Assembly (NCBI GenBank): GCA_044229975.1
Contig: JBGARZ010000011.1
Span: forward strand, 256,001 to 320,000
Length of the DNA stretch: 64,000 bases
Origin: Polyangiales bacterium
Lineage (GTDB): Bacteria; Myxococcota_A; Polyangia; Polyangiales; Ga0077539
Direction of reading: 5' to 3'
In this document: positions 30,135 through 39,659 of the stretch, piece by piece
How positions within the stretch are numbered: position 1 is the stretch's first letter
Layout of the letters: each line of letters opens with the position of its first letter
Notes under the pieces: model-generated
What the model saw: the letters and a program-made list of their open reading frames with translations, nothing else
What the model was told of the DNA's origin: nothing
Database searches by the model: none
Position numbers and translations under genes: made by a program

Positions 30135-30198
30135 GGCGCGCCCACCGTACACCGACCGGTAGGACGCCGCGGGCACTCCTCCCGTATGTTCGTCGCGC

Positions 30199-32007
30199 AT
30201 GGCCCACGCCGACCCACCGACCACGCGTGACCGACGACTCGCCTGGGCGGTGGTCCTCCTCGGTGGGCTCGCGACGAGCCTCTACCGCATCACGCCGGTC
30301 TTCGACCCCGACGCGTTCTGGCACCTGCACACCGGTCGCTTCGTCGCCGCCACGCGCTCGGTGCCCTCCGTCGACAGCTTCTCCCACACCGCCGCGGGCC
30401 GCCGCTGGGACTTCGTCGACTGGCTCGCCGACGTCATCCTCTACGCCTCGCACCGCCTCGATGGCCTGCGCGGCGTCGTCCTCCTCACGGCCCTCCTCGG
30501 CGGCCTCGGCGTCGCCATCACCCTCCGCCGCGTCACCCGCCACGTCGCTCCCCTCACCGCCCTCGCCCTCTCGCCACTGGTCATGGGCGTCGGCGTCTTC
30601 CGCGTCACGCCGCGCCCGCAGACCTTCACCTTCGCGCTCTTCTCCGCGACGCTGCTGCTCCTCGACCGACCCAACGGCGCGTGGCTCGTCCCGCCCCTCC
30701 TGGTGCTCTGGCAGAACCTCCACTCCAGCGCCCCGCTCGGCCTGCTCGCCCTCGCCGCGCATGCCGTCGGCCGTGCCTTCACCGCGCGCCGCGACAAGAC
30801 CCCGCTCGACCTCCGCAACACCCTCGGCCCCGTCGCCCTCGGAGCCCTCGCGCTCTTCGTCGCCGTGCACCCCGTCGACCGATTGCGCGCCGGCTTCGGC
30901 CACATGGTCGACCCCTCGCTGATGGCGCTCATCACCGAGTGGAAGCCCATGTACCGCATGCCGCTCGGCGTCCCGGTCAACCTCGCGCTCGAAGCCCTCC
31001 TCGCGCTCGCCGTCGTCGCCGTCGTGCACCGCCCGACCCGCGCCCGCCTCGACCCCACCGCCGTCCTCGTCGCCCTCGGAACCACCGTCCTCGCCGTGCG
31101 CGCCATGCGCTTCGTCCCCCTCGCCGCCATCGCCGTCGCGCCGCTCTCCGCCCTTGGCCTCGCGGCCCTGCTCCAGCGCACCACCGTCGTCCGCGCGCTC
31201 ACCGCCCTCGCTGTCGTCGCGCTCGGATTCACCACCATCACGATGCAGCGCAAGCCCGTCGGCGTGGGCCTCCTGCCCGGTGCGTTTCCCGTCGGCGCCG
31301 CGCGCTGGGTCAACCAGCACCAACCGCGCGGTCGCCTGCTCAACGATTTCGATGACGGCGGCTACCTGATGTTCACGCTCGGCGCGCGGCACCCGGTGTT
31401 CTCTGATGGGCGCTCGTGGGCGCTGTACGACCCGGGCTTCCTGCGCGACGCGTTGCAGCCCGACTTCGAGCGCCTCGAACGCCTCGTCCCCCGCTACGAC
31501 ATCGGCCTCGCCATCGTGAACAGCGACGCCCGCATCGAGTGGTTTCAGCGCCACCCCGGCTGGTCGCTCACCTACTTCGACGACCGCGCCTTCGTCGCCC
31601 TTCGCGACGCCGACAACCCCCACCTCGCCCGCTTCGCGTACCGCGCGCTGCGTCCCATGCACTGGTCCGAAGACATCTCCGCCTGGGCCGCCGACCCCAC
31701 GCTCGCCACCGCCTCCTGGGAAGAGTCCGCGCGCGCCATCACCGACGCGCCCGACGCCTCCATCGCGTGGGTGCTCCGCGCCGCCGCGGCCGCAGCGAAC
31801 CACCGCGACCAGGTCGCCGACGAGGCCGCTCTCCGCGCGCTGCGGCTGCGACCCGATGGCGTTCCTGCGCATCGGGCGGTGCTCTACCGCTGCGCCGTCC
31901 ACGAAGACCGGGCGTGTGTCTGCCAACACGCCGCGTGGGTGCTGGGACGCGCTCCACGCAACGGCTTCGCCCGCGGACTCTCGCAGCGCTTCCGCTGCCA
32001 GCCGTAG
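30199..32007 (+). CDS. Polytopic membrane protein, GT-C glycosyltransferase-like
   Basis: DPDAFWHLHTGR, RPQTF, LWQNLHS, GGYL, FSDGR. Confidence 0.75.
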   Translation: MAHADPPTTRDRRLAWAVVLLGGLATSLYRITPVFDPDAFWHLHTGRFVAATRSVPSVDSFSHTAAGRRWDFVDWLADVILYASHRLDGLRGVVLLTALLGGLGVAITLRRVTRHVAPLTALALSPLVMGVGVFRVTPRPQTFTFALFSATLLLLDRPNGAWLVPPLLVLWQNLHSSAPLGLLALAAHAVGRAFTARRDKTPLDLRNTLGPVALGALALFVAVHPVDRLRAGFGHMVDPSLMALITEWKPMYRMPLGVPVNLALEALLALAVVAVVHRPTRARLDPTAVLVALGTTVLAVRAMRFVPLAAIAVAPLSALGLAALLQRTTVVRALTALAVVALGFTTITMQRKPVGVGLLPGAFPVGAARWVNQHQPRGRLLNDFDDGGYLMFTLGARHPVFSDGRSWALYDPGFLRDALQPDFERLERLVPRYDIGLAIVNSDARIEWFQRHPGWSLTYFDDRAFVALRDADNPHLARFAYRALRPMHWSEDISAWAADPTLATASWEESARAITDAPDASIAWVLRAAAAAANHRDQVADEAALRALRLRPDGVPAHRAVLYRCAVHEDRACVCQHAAWVLGRAPRNGFARGLSQRFRCQP

Positions 32008-32165
32008 TCCCTCGACACAGTGGATTGGGCGCGCGGAAACGGATCCGGCCGCAAGGGCGCAAGGGCCGCAAGGGACGAAGGTTTCGAGCCACAGACCTCC
32101 ACCTCGTCTCTCCTCTGATCCTTGCGATCCTTGCGTCCTGGCGGCCTTCTCCCACCCCTCTACAT
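32005..32165. repeat. Degenerate inverted-repeat element, family A
   Basis: GGCCGCAAGGGCGCAAGGGCCGCAAGGGA (32047-32075) opposite TCCTTGCGATCCTTGCGTCCTGGCGGCC (32119-32146). Confidence 0.7.
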
Positions 32166-32222
32166 CTCCGGCGGAACGGCACGAGTCCCCATGGAGGCCC
32201 GCGCGTTGCACTGCACCGGGCG

Positions 32223-33362
32223 GTGCGCGTCACCCCCGCCCTGCTCGTCGCCGCCTTGCTCGTCGGCGCCCTCTCTGGCGTTGCGCGCGGGACCGGTCAC
32301 GTCACGGTCGAGGCTCTCTTCTCGGGCGGCCGCTCGACGGTGACGGTGGGACCCACCCCGCGCGGCCTCGCCTCCACCGACGCCGCGAGCTGCGCCACCT
32401 GCCACGCCGCCATCGCCGCCGAGTGGCGCTCGTCCATGCACGCCGCCTCGTGGACCGACGAGGTCTTCCAGTCGGCCTACGCCGTGGAGCCCATGGCCTT
32501 CTGCCGCAACTGCCACGCGCCCTCGCACACCGGCTCCTCCCCGCGCGGCGTCGCGGCCGACGATGGTGTGTCCTGCGCTGTCTGCCACGTGCGCGACGAG
32601 CACGTCCTTGGCACTGGTGGTTCGCGCAACGCGCCGCACCCGGTGATGGCCGTGCGCGCGATGTCCGAGAGCCGCTACTGCGGCGGATGCCACCAGTTCA
32701 ATTTCCCCGGCGACACGGGCCGCGGCGGCGCCCACTTCGAGACGGCGGAACCCATGCAGGACACCTACGCCGAGTGGCTCGACAGCGCCGCGGCCACCGA
32801 ACAGACCCAGTGCCAGGGCTGTCACATGCCCTGGGTCGACGACGCCCGCGGCCGCCACCGCAGCCATCGCTTCCCGGGCGGTCGCGACCTCGCCCTCCTG
32901 CGCAGCGCCCTCGACATCGCCGTCACCGCCCGCGCCGAAGGCGACCACACCGTCGTCACGGCCACGCTCACCCCGCGCGCGCTCGGCCACTCCTTCCCCA
33001 CGGGTGACCTCTTCCGACGCGTCGAGGTCACCGCGGCCTGGGACGACCAACCCACCAGCACCGTGCGCGTCGGGCTCGCGCGGGAGTTCAGCAACGTGCC
33101 CGCGCGCACGCCCCACGGCGAGCTCACCTTCGTCCGCCGACAGCGCGCCGACACCCGCCTCGCCGCTGCGGGCCTCGGTCCGCCGCGCGTCGTCACGCTG
33201 ACCCTGCCCGGTCACTTCCCGGCCGTGCCCGTGCGCTGGTCGCTCGACCACCTGCTCATGCCCACGCCGCTCGCCGCCTCGCAGGGCTTGGGCGAGCCCC
33301 GCAACCGCCTCGTCGTCGCCGACGGAACCGTTCCCGCCTCCCAAGGAGATCGCACCCCATGA
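32223..33362 (+). CDS. Multiheme cytochrome c (c554-like, 5 hemes)
   Basis: Signal peptide; CATCH, CRNCH, CAVCH, CGGCH, CQGCH. Confidence 0.9.
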   Translation: MRVTPALLVAALLVGALSGVARGTGHVTVEALFSGGRSTVTVGPTPRGLASTDAASCATCHAAIAAEWRSSMHAASWTDEVFQSAYAVEPMAFCRNCHAPSHTGSSPRGVAADDGVSCAVCHVRDEHVLGTGGSRNAPHPVMAVRAMSESRYCGGCHQFNFPGDTGRGGAHFETAEPMQDTYAEWLDSAAATEQTQCQGCHMPWVDDARGRHRSHRFPGGRDLALLRSALDIAVTARAEGDHTVVTATLTPRALGHSFPTGDLFRRVEVTAAWDDQPTSTVRVGLAREFSNVPARTPHGELTFVRRQRADTRLAAAGLGPPRVVTLTLPGHFPAVPVRWSLDHLLMPTPLAASQGLGEPRNRLVVADGTVPASQGDRTP

Positions 33363-34249
33363 AGACCCTCTTCGTCACCGCCGCGCTCGTGCTCGCCGCC
33401 TCGTCGGCCGTCGCTCAACCCGTCGTCGACCGCGCCCAACGTGCGCCCTCGCCCGAGGTCACCTTCGCCGTCGAGGACGCGCCGCTCCCGACGCCGGCGC
33501 TGCCGACCGTCCCGCCCTCCCTCCTCTCGCAGGTGTCGGCGCTGGGTCTCGTGGTCACCAACACCCAGGAGTGCTTCACCGAGCACGGGGAGCGCAGCGA
33601 GCACATCGCCGAACCCGGATGCCCCGGTCGCTTCGCGGCGATCCAACGCGGCGGCGTCGCGGGCGCCCACGCCATCGGCGCCATGCTCGACCGCGACTTC
33701 CAGGGCACCGGCATCGACTACGCCAACGTCGGCGACGGCGAGTGGATCGTGCGCCCGCGGCTCATCCGTCTCATGACCGCGGCGGGTGGGAGCGTGGCGG
33801 CGACATACCTGGTCCGGTATGTGTCGCGCGCCCTGGACACCGGCCCGACGCTCGACACGCAGACCGCCGTCGCGGCCCTCGCCACCCTCGCCACGCTGGC
33901 AGGCGAAGACCTCACCCGCGTCGGCCCGTGGGAGGACCGCGAGGTGGCGCACCGGGACGTCGCGCGCATGACGGCGGCGGTGCAGCGGTGGCTGCGCTGG
34001 CACCGCGACACGGCGGGCCTCCCGCGGGCGCAGCAGCTCGACCTCGCGCGACGACACAACGTCGCGGCGCTTCGTTCGAGCGACGCGGCGGAGCGGTGGG
34101 CGGCCATCGAGCGGTTGATGCCGACGCAGCGGGCGGCGGCGGAGGCCTCGCTGCGGGAGATGATGCAGTGGTCGGGCGAGCGGTCGGAGATGCGGAGCTA
34201 CGTGTTTCGGTGGGCGCGACGCCAGCACATCGCGCTGCGGGCGCGCTGA
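33359..34249 (+). CDS. Secreted hypothetical protein
   Basis: Signal peptide; ATGA overlap with the cytochrome gene. Confidence 0.75.
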   Translation: MKTLFVTAALVLAASSAVAQPVVDRAQRAPSPEVTFAVEDAPLPTPALPTVPPSLLSQVSALGLVVTNTQECFTEHGERSEHIAEPGCPGRFAAIQRGGVAGAHAIGAMLDRDFQGTGIDYANVGDGEWIVRPRLIRLMTAAGGSVAATYLVRYVSRALDTGPTLDTQTAVAALATLATLAGEDLTRVGPWEDREVAHRDVARMTAAVQRWLRWHRDTAGLPRAQQLDLARRHNVAALRSSDAAERWAAIERLMPTQRAAAEASLREMMQWSGERSEMRSYVFRWARRQHIALRAR

Positions 34250-34253
34250 GCCG

Positions 34254-35165
34254 TCACGGCGGCGCTTCGATGGGCACCGTGGTGGTCACGCCCGCGCCAT
34301 AGAACTGCATCGCCGGCATGGACACCACGGTGCCGACGCCGGTGCGCACGTTGATGCTGATGAACTGCCCGGTGCTGGTGAACCCGTAGAGGGTGTTGCG
34401 GTAGTACGCGAGCCCGAAGATGCGGTCGGCGCCGGTGTCGCCGATGACGGTGAGCTCGCCGGTGGAGGGGTTCATGGTGGCGAGCAGGTCGTGCGCGCCG
34501 CTCATGGCGTTGCTGCGGCGCACGGTGGCGAAGGTCCCCGCCGCGGTGGAGACGATGTCCCCGGACAGCAGGAAGTTCGTGCCGCCCATGCGGAGCTGCC
34601 CGAGCCGCGTCGACATGCCGGTGGTGGGGTCGATGCGCCAGTAGGTACCGTTGCTGGCGCCGCCGACTAGCACCTCGCTGGTGGTGCCCGGGATGGCGCC
34701 CGCGGCGAGGTACGAGAGGCCGACGAAGTTGCCGTCGGGCAGCGCGCGGATGAGCGTACAGCGCGCGGTGTCGGGGTCGATGCGGTAGAGCGCGTCCTGC
34801 GTGTTGCCCACCACGATGCCGTCGGCGTCGACGGCGAGGTCGTTCATCGAGTGGTTGTTGCGGTCGCCCGACGGAAACGTGAAGGTCCCGATGCGACGGA
34901 ACGCGTTGGTGCGCGGGTTGACCTCGTAGAGCACCGTCTCGGAGTGCGCGTACACGAGCGTGGTGCTGAGGTCGGTGCCCGTGTCGCGGATGGGGATGAC
35001 CCCGCGGTCGACGGGCCCGCCTAGGTCGACGGGGTCGGCTGCGTCCGAGGCCGCGTCGAGCCCGCCGCTGTCGGCGATGAAGCGCGAGGTGTCGTCGGCG
35101 CAGCCCACGAAAAGAAGCGCCGCGAGCGCCGGAACAAGGGAAGTACGGTCGAGCACGGCGCGCAC
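34254..35165 (-). CDS. Beta-propeller lipoprotein
   Basis: LLFVGC lipobox; LYRIDP/YWRIDP repeats. Confidence 0.8.
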   Translation of the reverse strand: MRAVLDRTSLVPALAALLFVGCADDTSRFIADSGGLDAASDAADPVDLGGPVDRGVIPIRDTGTDLSTTLVYAHSETVLYEVNPRTNAFRRIGTFTFPSGDRNNHSMNDLAVDADGIVVGNTQDALYRIDPDTARCTLIRALPDGNFVGLSYLAAGAIPGTTSEVLVGGASNGTYWRIDPTTGMSTRLGQLRMGGTNFLLSGDIVSTAAGTFATVRRSNAMSGAHDLLATMNPSTGELTVIGDTGADRIFGLAYYRNTLYGFTSTGQFISINVRTGVGTVVSMPAMQFYGAGVTTTVPIEAPP

Positions 35166-35540
35166 GCTGAACGATCCCCTGGGTGATGGCAAGACAAGCG
35201 CGGCGCCGGGGTGCGCGGAAAAATCACCGAAATCAACTTCGTGCGACCCCCCATTGCCAGCGGGTGAGGAAATGGTGTTAGGTTCCGCTCGCCTCGCGGA
35301 TTCCATTGCCGGCCCCGGAGTTGTTGCTTCGCTGAAGGGAGGTGGAACCGCCGCTCACGTCGTGAGACGCGGGCGGGGATGGTGCTCATCCCAGGCGTGG
35401 TCTGGCGGCTGATCCGTCACTCACTCACACCAACGGCGGCAACGTCGTCGGTGCAGACCACGAATCGCGTGACGGTGCATCGCTCGACGAGACGACCCAC
35501 AACTTCCGGGCGTCCGTCACCAACTGTTCGAGGTCGTGTC

Positions 35541-35900
35541 ATGGGATCCAGAATCTACGTCGGCAATCTCCCCTTCAGCGCGGACGAGTCTCAAATTCGC
35601 GCCCTCTTCGAGCCGAGCGGCAGCGTGCGGGAGGTTCGCATCGTTGAAGATCGCGAGACCGGCCGTCCGCGCGGCTTCGCGTTCGTCGAGATGAGCAACG
35701 AGACCGAGGCCCAGGCCGCGATCAAGGCTCTCCACGGCCTCAACTTCGGTGGCCGTAGCCTCACGGTCAACGAGGCGCAGGAGCGTGAGAACCGCGGTGG
35801 CGGTGGCGGCGGCGGCTTCGGCGGCGGCGGCGGCGGTGGCCGTCGTGGCGGCGGCGGCGGCGGCGGCGGCTTCGGTGGTGGCGGCGGCCGTCGCGGCTGA
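35541..35900 (+). CDS. RRM RNA-binding protein with Gly-rich tail
   Basis: RNP2 IYVGNL, RNP1 RGFAFVEM. Confidence 0.95.
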   Translation: MGSRIYVGNLPFSADESQIRALFEPSGSVREVRIVEDRETGRPRGFAFVEMSNETEAQAAIKALHGLNFGGRSLTVNEAQERENRGGGGGGGFGGGGGGGRRGGGGGGGGFGGGGGRRG

Positions 35901-35956
35901 TCGCTCCTCGACCCCGATAGACCGACGACCCCAAGGCCGTCGGTCTCGTCTTTGCG

Positions 35957-35990
35957 AAAGCCGGTGACCCTTCAAGGTCATCGGCTTTTT
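35957..35990 (+). terminator. Intrinsic terminator
   Basis: AAAGCCGGTGACC/GGTCATCGGCTTT stem with T tract, between convergent genes. Confidence 0.7.
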
Positions 35991-37147
35991 GCGTTTCCCG
36001 ATGATCGTCGCCACGCGGCCGCCAGGTGCGTGGCGTACCAGACGCCCACCAGCGCGAAGCACACCCGCGCGACGGTGACGTAGCGACCCGTGATGTGCGT
36101 TTCGTTCCAGTGATGGGCGTCGCGCAGCTTCGAGAGGTCGCCGTCCTCGTCGCTGCCGAAGAGGCTCCCCCACGGAATCAGCGACCAGTCCGCCGCGCAG
36201 CCGCGCCAGAACAGCGCCGCGTCGACGAGCGCGTACGCCCCGAGCGCGAGCGAGATCCAGCGGAAGAAGTCCCACCGCGCCTTCGGCGGCAGCGGGTGGT
36301 GAAACGCCAGCACCAGCGCGGTGGCCCACACCATCTCGCCTGCACACCCCGCCCACGTGATGACCATCTCTTGCGTGTCGCGGTCGAGCCCGAAGGTGCC
36401 CGCCATCGTCGCGACGAAGAACACCGCGGCCATCACCACGAGCATCCACGTGCGGCGCAGCAACCCGAGCGCGGCGAGCCCGACCTGCGCGACGAGCAGC
36501 CCGACGAGCACCAGCCACGAGCGACCCGGCACCCACAGCGTCAGCCCGATGGGCAGCGGAACCGCCATCCAACTGCACGCCCACGCCGCCGACGCGTGAC
36601 CGAGCTCGTGCAGCGACACCCGCACGCCCCCGAAGAGGAACGCCGTGAGCGCGAGCTTGCGCGCGACGAGGGACACCGCGAGCGAGACGGGCACCGCGAG
36701 CGCGGCGCGGCGCAGCGACGGCGGCTTCCACACGGGCGCGTCGGGGTCGACGAGCACCGGGTTGTCGGCGCGGGGTGGCGGTGGCGCGCGACGACGCTGG
36801 ACGGCCGCGCGCAGCGACGGGAGCTGCGAGAGGGCGACGAGGGTTCCTTCGCAGTAGGGGCAGCGCTCGATCCACGGGCCGAGGGGGCGCGCGAAGGGGA
36901 CGCGGTCGAGCACGAGGCCGGGGCAGCGCGGGCACGGTCGCGCGTCGTGGTCGACGGCGCCGTGGTCATCGGCGGGCTCCCACGGGTCGAGCAGATCGTC
37001 GGGGTGACCGGTGAGGCGCGAGAGCTCGCCGCGGTCGCACCACGCGAGCTCACACGCGGTGCACCAGTCGACCACCACGCCCTCGACGGCGAAGGGACCC
37101 ATGGGGAGACGGCACGCGGGGCACTGCGGCGGTGGGGTGTCGCTCAC
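35978..37147 (-). CDS. Zinc-ribbon (zf-TFIIB-like) membrane protein with HExxH motif
   Basis: CPAC..CTAC, CPRC..CPYC, LHELGH, multiple TMs. Confidence 0.75.
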   Translation of the reverse strand: MSDTPPPQCPACRLPMGPFAVEGVVVDWCTACELAWCDRGELSRLTGHPDDLLDPWEPADDHGAVDHDARPCPRCPGLVLDRVPFARPLGPWIERCPYCEGTLVALSQLPSLRAAVQRRRAPPPPRADNPVLVDPDAPVWKPPSLRRAALAVPVSLAVSLVARKLALTAFLFGGVRVSLHELGHASAAWACSWMAVPLPIGLTLWVPGRSWLVLVGLLVAQVGLAALGLLRRTWMLVVMAAVFFVATMAGTFGLDRDTQEMVITWAGCAGEMVWATALVLAFHHPLPPKARWDFFRWISLALGAYALVDAALFWRGCAADWSLIPWGSLFGSDEDGDLSKLRDAHHWNETHITGRYVTVARVCFALVGVWYATHLAAAWRRSSGNAKSR

Positions 37148-37284
37148 GCGGGAGGCATCGCAGCACGCGCCGAGGGAAGAGGGCAACGGCCACGGTGTGG
37201 GGCGGGGTGCCGACGACGGTCACGATTCCTGCCAAAAATTTCGCGACAATTTTCTGCCGACCCGTCGGCCGGGATAGGTTCGCA

Positions 37285-38865
37285 GTGGTGTCCCCCCAAC
37301 GCCACCTTCGCGGAGCTCTCGCCTGCGCGCTCGCCGCGCCGCTGCTGATCTCCACCGCGGCTCACGCGGAGGGTGGCGTGCGCAAGGGCCCGTACCTCAT
37401 GGCCCCGCGGCCGGGCGCCATCACCGTGATGCTCGAGCGCGATGCACCGGGGCCCATCGCCGTGCGCGCGTGGCGAGTGGCCCCCGAAGGGTCCCCCGTC
37501 GGGACGCCCGTCGAGGCGCGCGGCACGGCGTCGGTCAACCTCCACGAGGTGCTGCTGGAGGGCCTCGCGTCGGGCGTGCGGTACCACTACCAGGTCACGG
37601 GCCCCGGCATCGCGACCACCGAGGGGGTGTTCAGCACGGCGCCGCAGCGCACCGAGCCGTTTCGCTTCCTGCTGTACGGGGACACGCGCACCAACGCCCG
37701 CGCGCACGGCGCCATCGTCACGGCCATGCGCCGCGAGGGCGCGGACTTCGTCGTCCACACGGGCGACCTCCTCGCCGACGGCCGCCAGGAGCGGCAGTGG
37801 GACGAGTTCTTCTCCATCGAGCGCGACCTGCTGCGCGACACGGTGTTCATCCCCGTGGTGGGCAACCACGAGCTGCGCAACTCGTCGCGCATCGGCATCG
37901 AGAACTTCCGCCGCTACGTCAACTGCCCGCCGCCCGACGCGCCGCGCCCCGAGCTCGACTACGTCGTGCGCTTCGGCAACGTGCAGATGATCCTCGCCAA
38001 CGCCTACGACGACTGGTCGTCGGCCCCCATGCGCACGTGGCTGGAGAACCACCTCGCGCAGGCCCGCCGCGACGGCCCCAACGACTTCCTCCTCGTGGTC
38101 ACCCACTGGGGGATGCACTCGTCCGGTCCGCACGGGGAGAACCGCTCGCTGCGCGCCGCAGGGCTGCCCGAGATGTTTCGCCGCTACGGCGTCGACCTCG
38201 TCGTCGCGGGCCACGACCACGTCTACGAGCGCGGCGAGGAGCGCGGCCTCCACTACGTCGTCACGGGCGGCTCCGGGGCGCCGCTCTACAGCCGCCGCAC
38301 GGAGCACCCGTACACCCGCTTCTTCTCCGCGCAGCACCACTACGTGCGCGTCGACGCCGACGCCGACAAGCTCGACCTCACCGCGGTGCGACCCGACGGC
38401 ACCATCCTCGACCACTTCGTCATCCGTCACCCGCAGCGCGGCGCGCGCGTCGCCGCCGCCATCGAGGAGTCCGTCGCACCCGCGGTCGAGCCCGTCGTGG
38501 CGACGGCCGAGCCCGAAGGCGACGAGACCCACTCGCGGCACCACTCGTCGAGCCGCCACCACCGCGATGGTTCGACCCGCCGTCACCGCGAGCGCGACCC
38601 GCTGCCGCCACCACCCGCGCCGACGCCGACGACCACCGTCGCCAGCGCCGAGCCGACGCCGCGCGAGCCGACGCCTGGCGGGCTCGATCGCGAGCTGCGC
38701 AACGCACGGCTCCCGGCGCGCGCCCATCGTGACCGACGGGTGCAGTCGCACGGGTGCCTGTGCGCGTACCCCGGCGTGGCCTCCAACAGCGACCTCGGCA
38801 TCGGGCTGCTGGCGTTTGGGCTGTGCGCCGTCGGGCTGCGGGGACAGCGGAAGCGCGGCGCGTAG
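37285..38865 (+). CDS. Purple-acid-phosphatase-type metallophosphoesterase with MYXO-CTERM-like tail
   Basis: YGD, HTGDL, GNHE, GHDHVYER; C-terminal GCLC...TM...RKR. Confidence 0.88.
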   Translation: MVSPQRHLRGALACALAAPLLISTAAHAEGGVRKGPYLMAPRPGAITVMLERDAPGPIAVRAWRVAPEGSPVGTPVEARGTASVNLHEVLLEGLASGVRYHYQVTGPGIATTEGVFSTAPQRTEPFRFLLYGDTRTNARAHGAIVTAMRREGADFVVHTGDLLADGRQERQWDEFFSIERDLLRDTVFIPVVGNHELRNSSRIGIENFRRYVNCPPPDAPRPELDYVVRFGNVQMILANAYDDWSSAPMRTWLENHLAQARRDGPNDFLLVVTHWGMHSSGPHGENRSLRAAGLPEMFRRYGVDLVVAGHDHVYERGEERGLHYVVTGGSGAPLYSRRTEHPYTRFFSAQHHYVRVDADADKLDLTAVRPDGTILDHFVIRHPQRGARVAAAIEESVAPAVEPVVATAEPEGDETHSRHHSSSRHHRDGSTRRHRERDPLPPPPAPTPTTTVASAEPTPREPTPGGLDRELRNARLPARAHRDRRVQSHGCLCAYPGVASNSDLGIGLLAFGLCAVGLRGQRKRGA

Positions 38866-38874
38866 GGAGAGGCG

Positions 38875-39528
38875 CTACGGGTTGCGCGGCAGCACGCAGG
38901 TCGGCGTGACCCGGTTGAGCAGCGCCTCGTCGTTTTGCAGGCACACCTGGCCCGTCGGGCAGGTGCCGTCGTTGGCGCAACGCTGGAGGCACACCGAGAC
39001 CGTCGTCGACGTGGGCGCCGCCGCGCCGATGTAGATCGCCTGGAGCGTCGCGCAGTACGCGTTCGCCCCGTTGGGCAATCCCCGGCAGTAGGCATCGCCG
39101 GCGGTGCCGTACCGGCACGGGGCCGCGCACAGGTTGCCCAGGCAGAGGCCCGTGGTGCAGTTCATGTTGTTGTCGCAGCGCTCGCCGAGGCGGGCCGTCG
39201 CCCCCGCAAACGCCGCCTGGCAGAGGAAGCACACCCGCTCTTCGAGGCAGCTCTGCGCGCCGCCGCACTGCTCCGACAGACCGCAGTCGTTGTCGCTGCG
39301 GCACTCGTTGCGCTGCCGCAGCTCGGGGTCGCGGCACGTGCGACCCGTCGCTCCCACGAGGCACCGGCCGCCGTTGTAACAGGCCACCTCGTCGCAGCAC
39401 GGACCGCCGTTTTGCCCGCAGTCCGTTCGCACGGGCGTGTCGTGCCAGTCGTCGCCGCCGCAACCGAGCGCCAATGCCGACAGCACCAGCGCCCACCCGC
39501 GCGCCCTCGCGATGGTCTTCGTGGACAT
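38875..39528 (-). CDS. Cys-rich lipoprotein
   Basis: LALGC lipobox; many Cys. Confidence 0.8.
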   Translation of the reverse strand: MSTKTIARARGWALVLSALALGCGGDDWHDTPVRTDCGQNGGPCCDEVACYNGGRCLVGATGRTCRDPELRQRNECRSDNDCGLSEQCGGAQSCLEERVCFLCQAAFAGATARLGERCDNNMNCTTGLCLGNLCAAPCRYGTAGDAYCRGLPNGANAYCATLQAIYIGAAAPTSTTVSVCLQRCANDGTCPTGQVCLQNDEALLNRVTPTCVLPRNP

Positions 39529-39659
39529 CAACGCGGGATGCTCGCACGCGCAGGAAAAGTGCTCAACCCACGGGCGACCATCGCGACCGTCATGAACGCC
39601 GACAAGTCCGTTGACCGTCGCACCGCCGTGGGTGTCCCTTCGAAGCCATGAGGTCCCCG

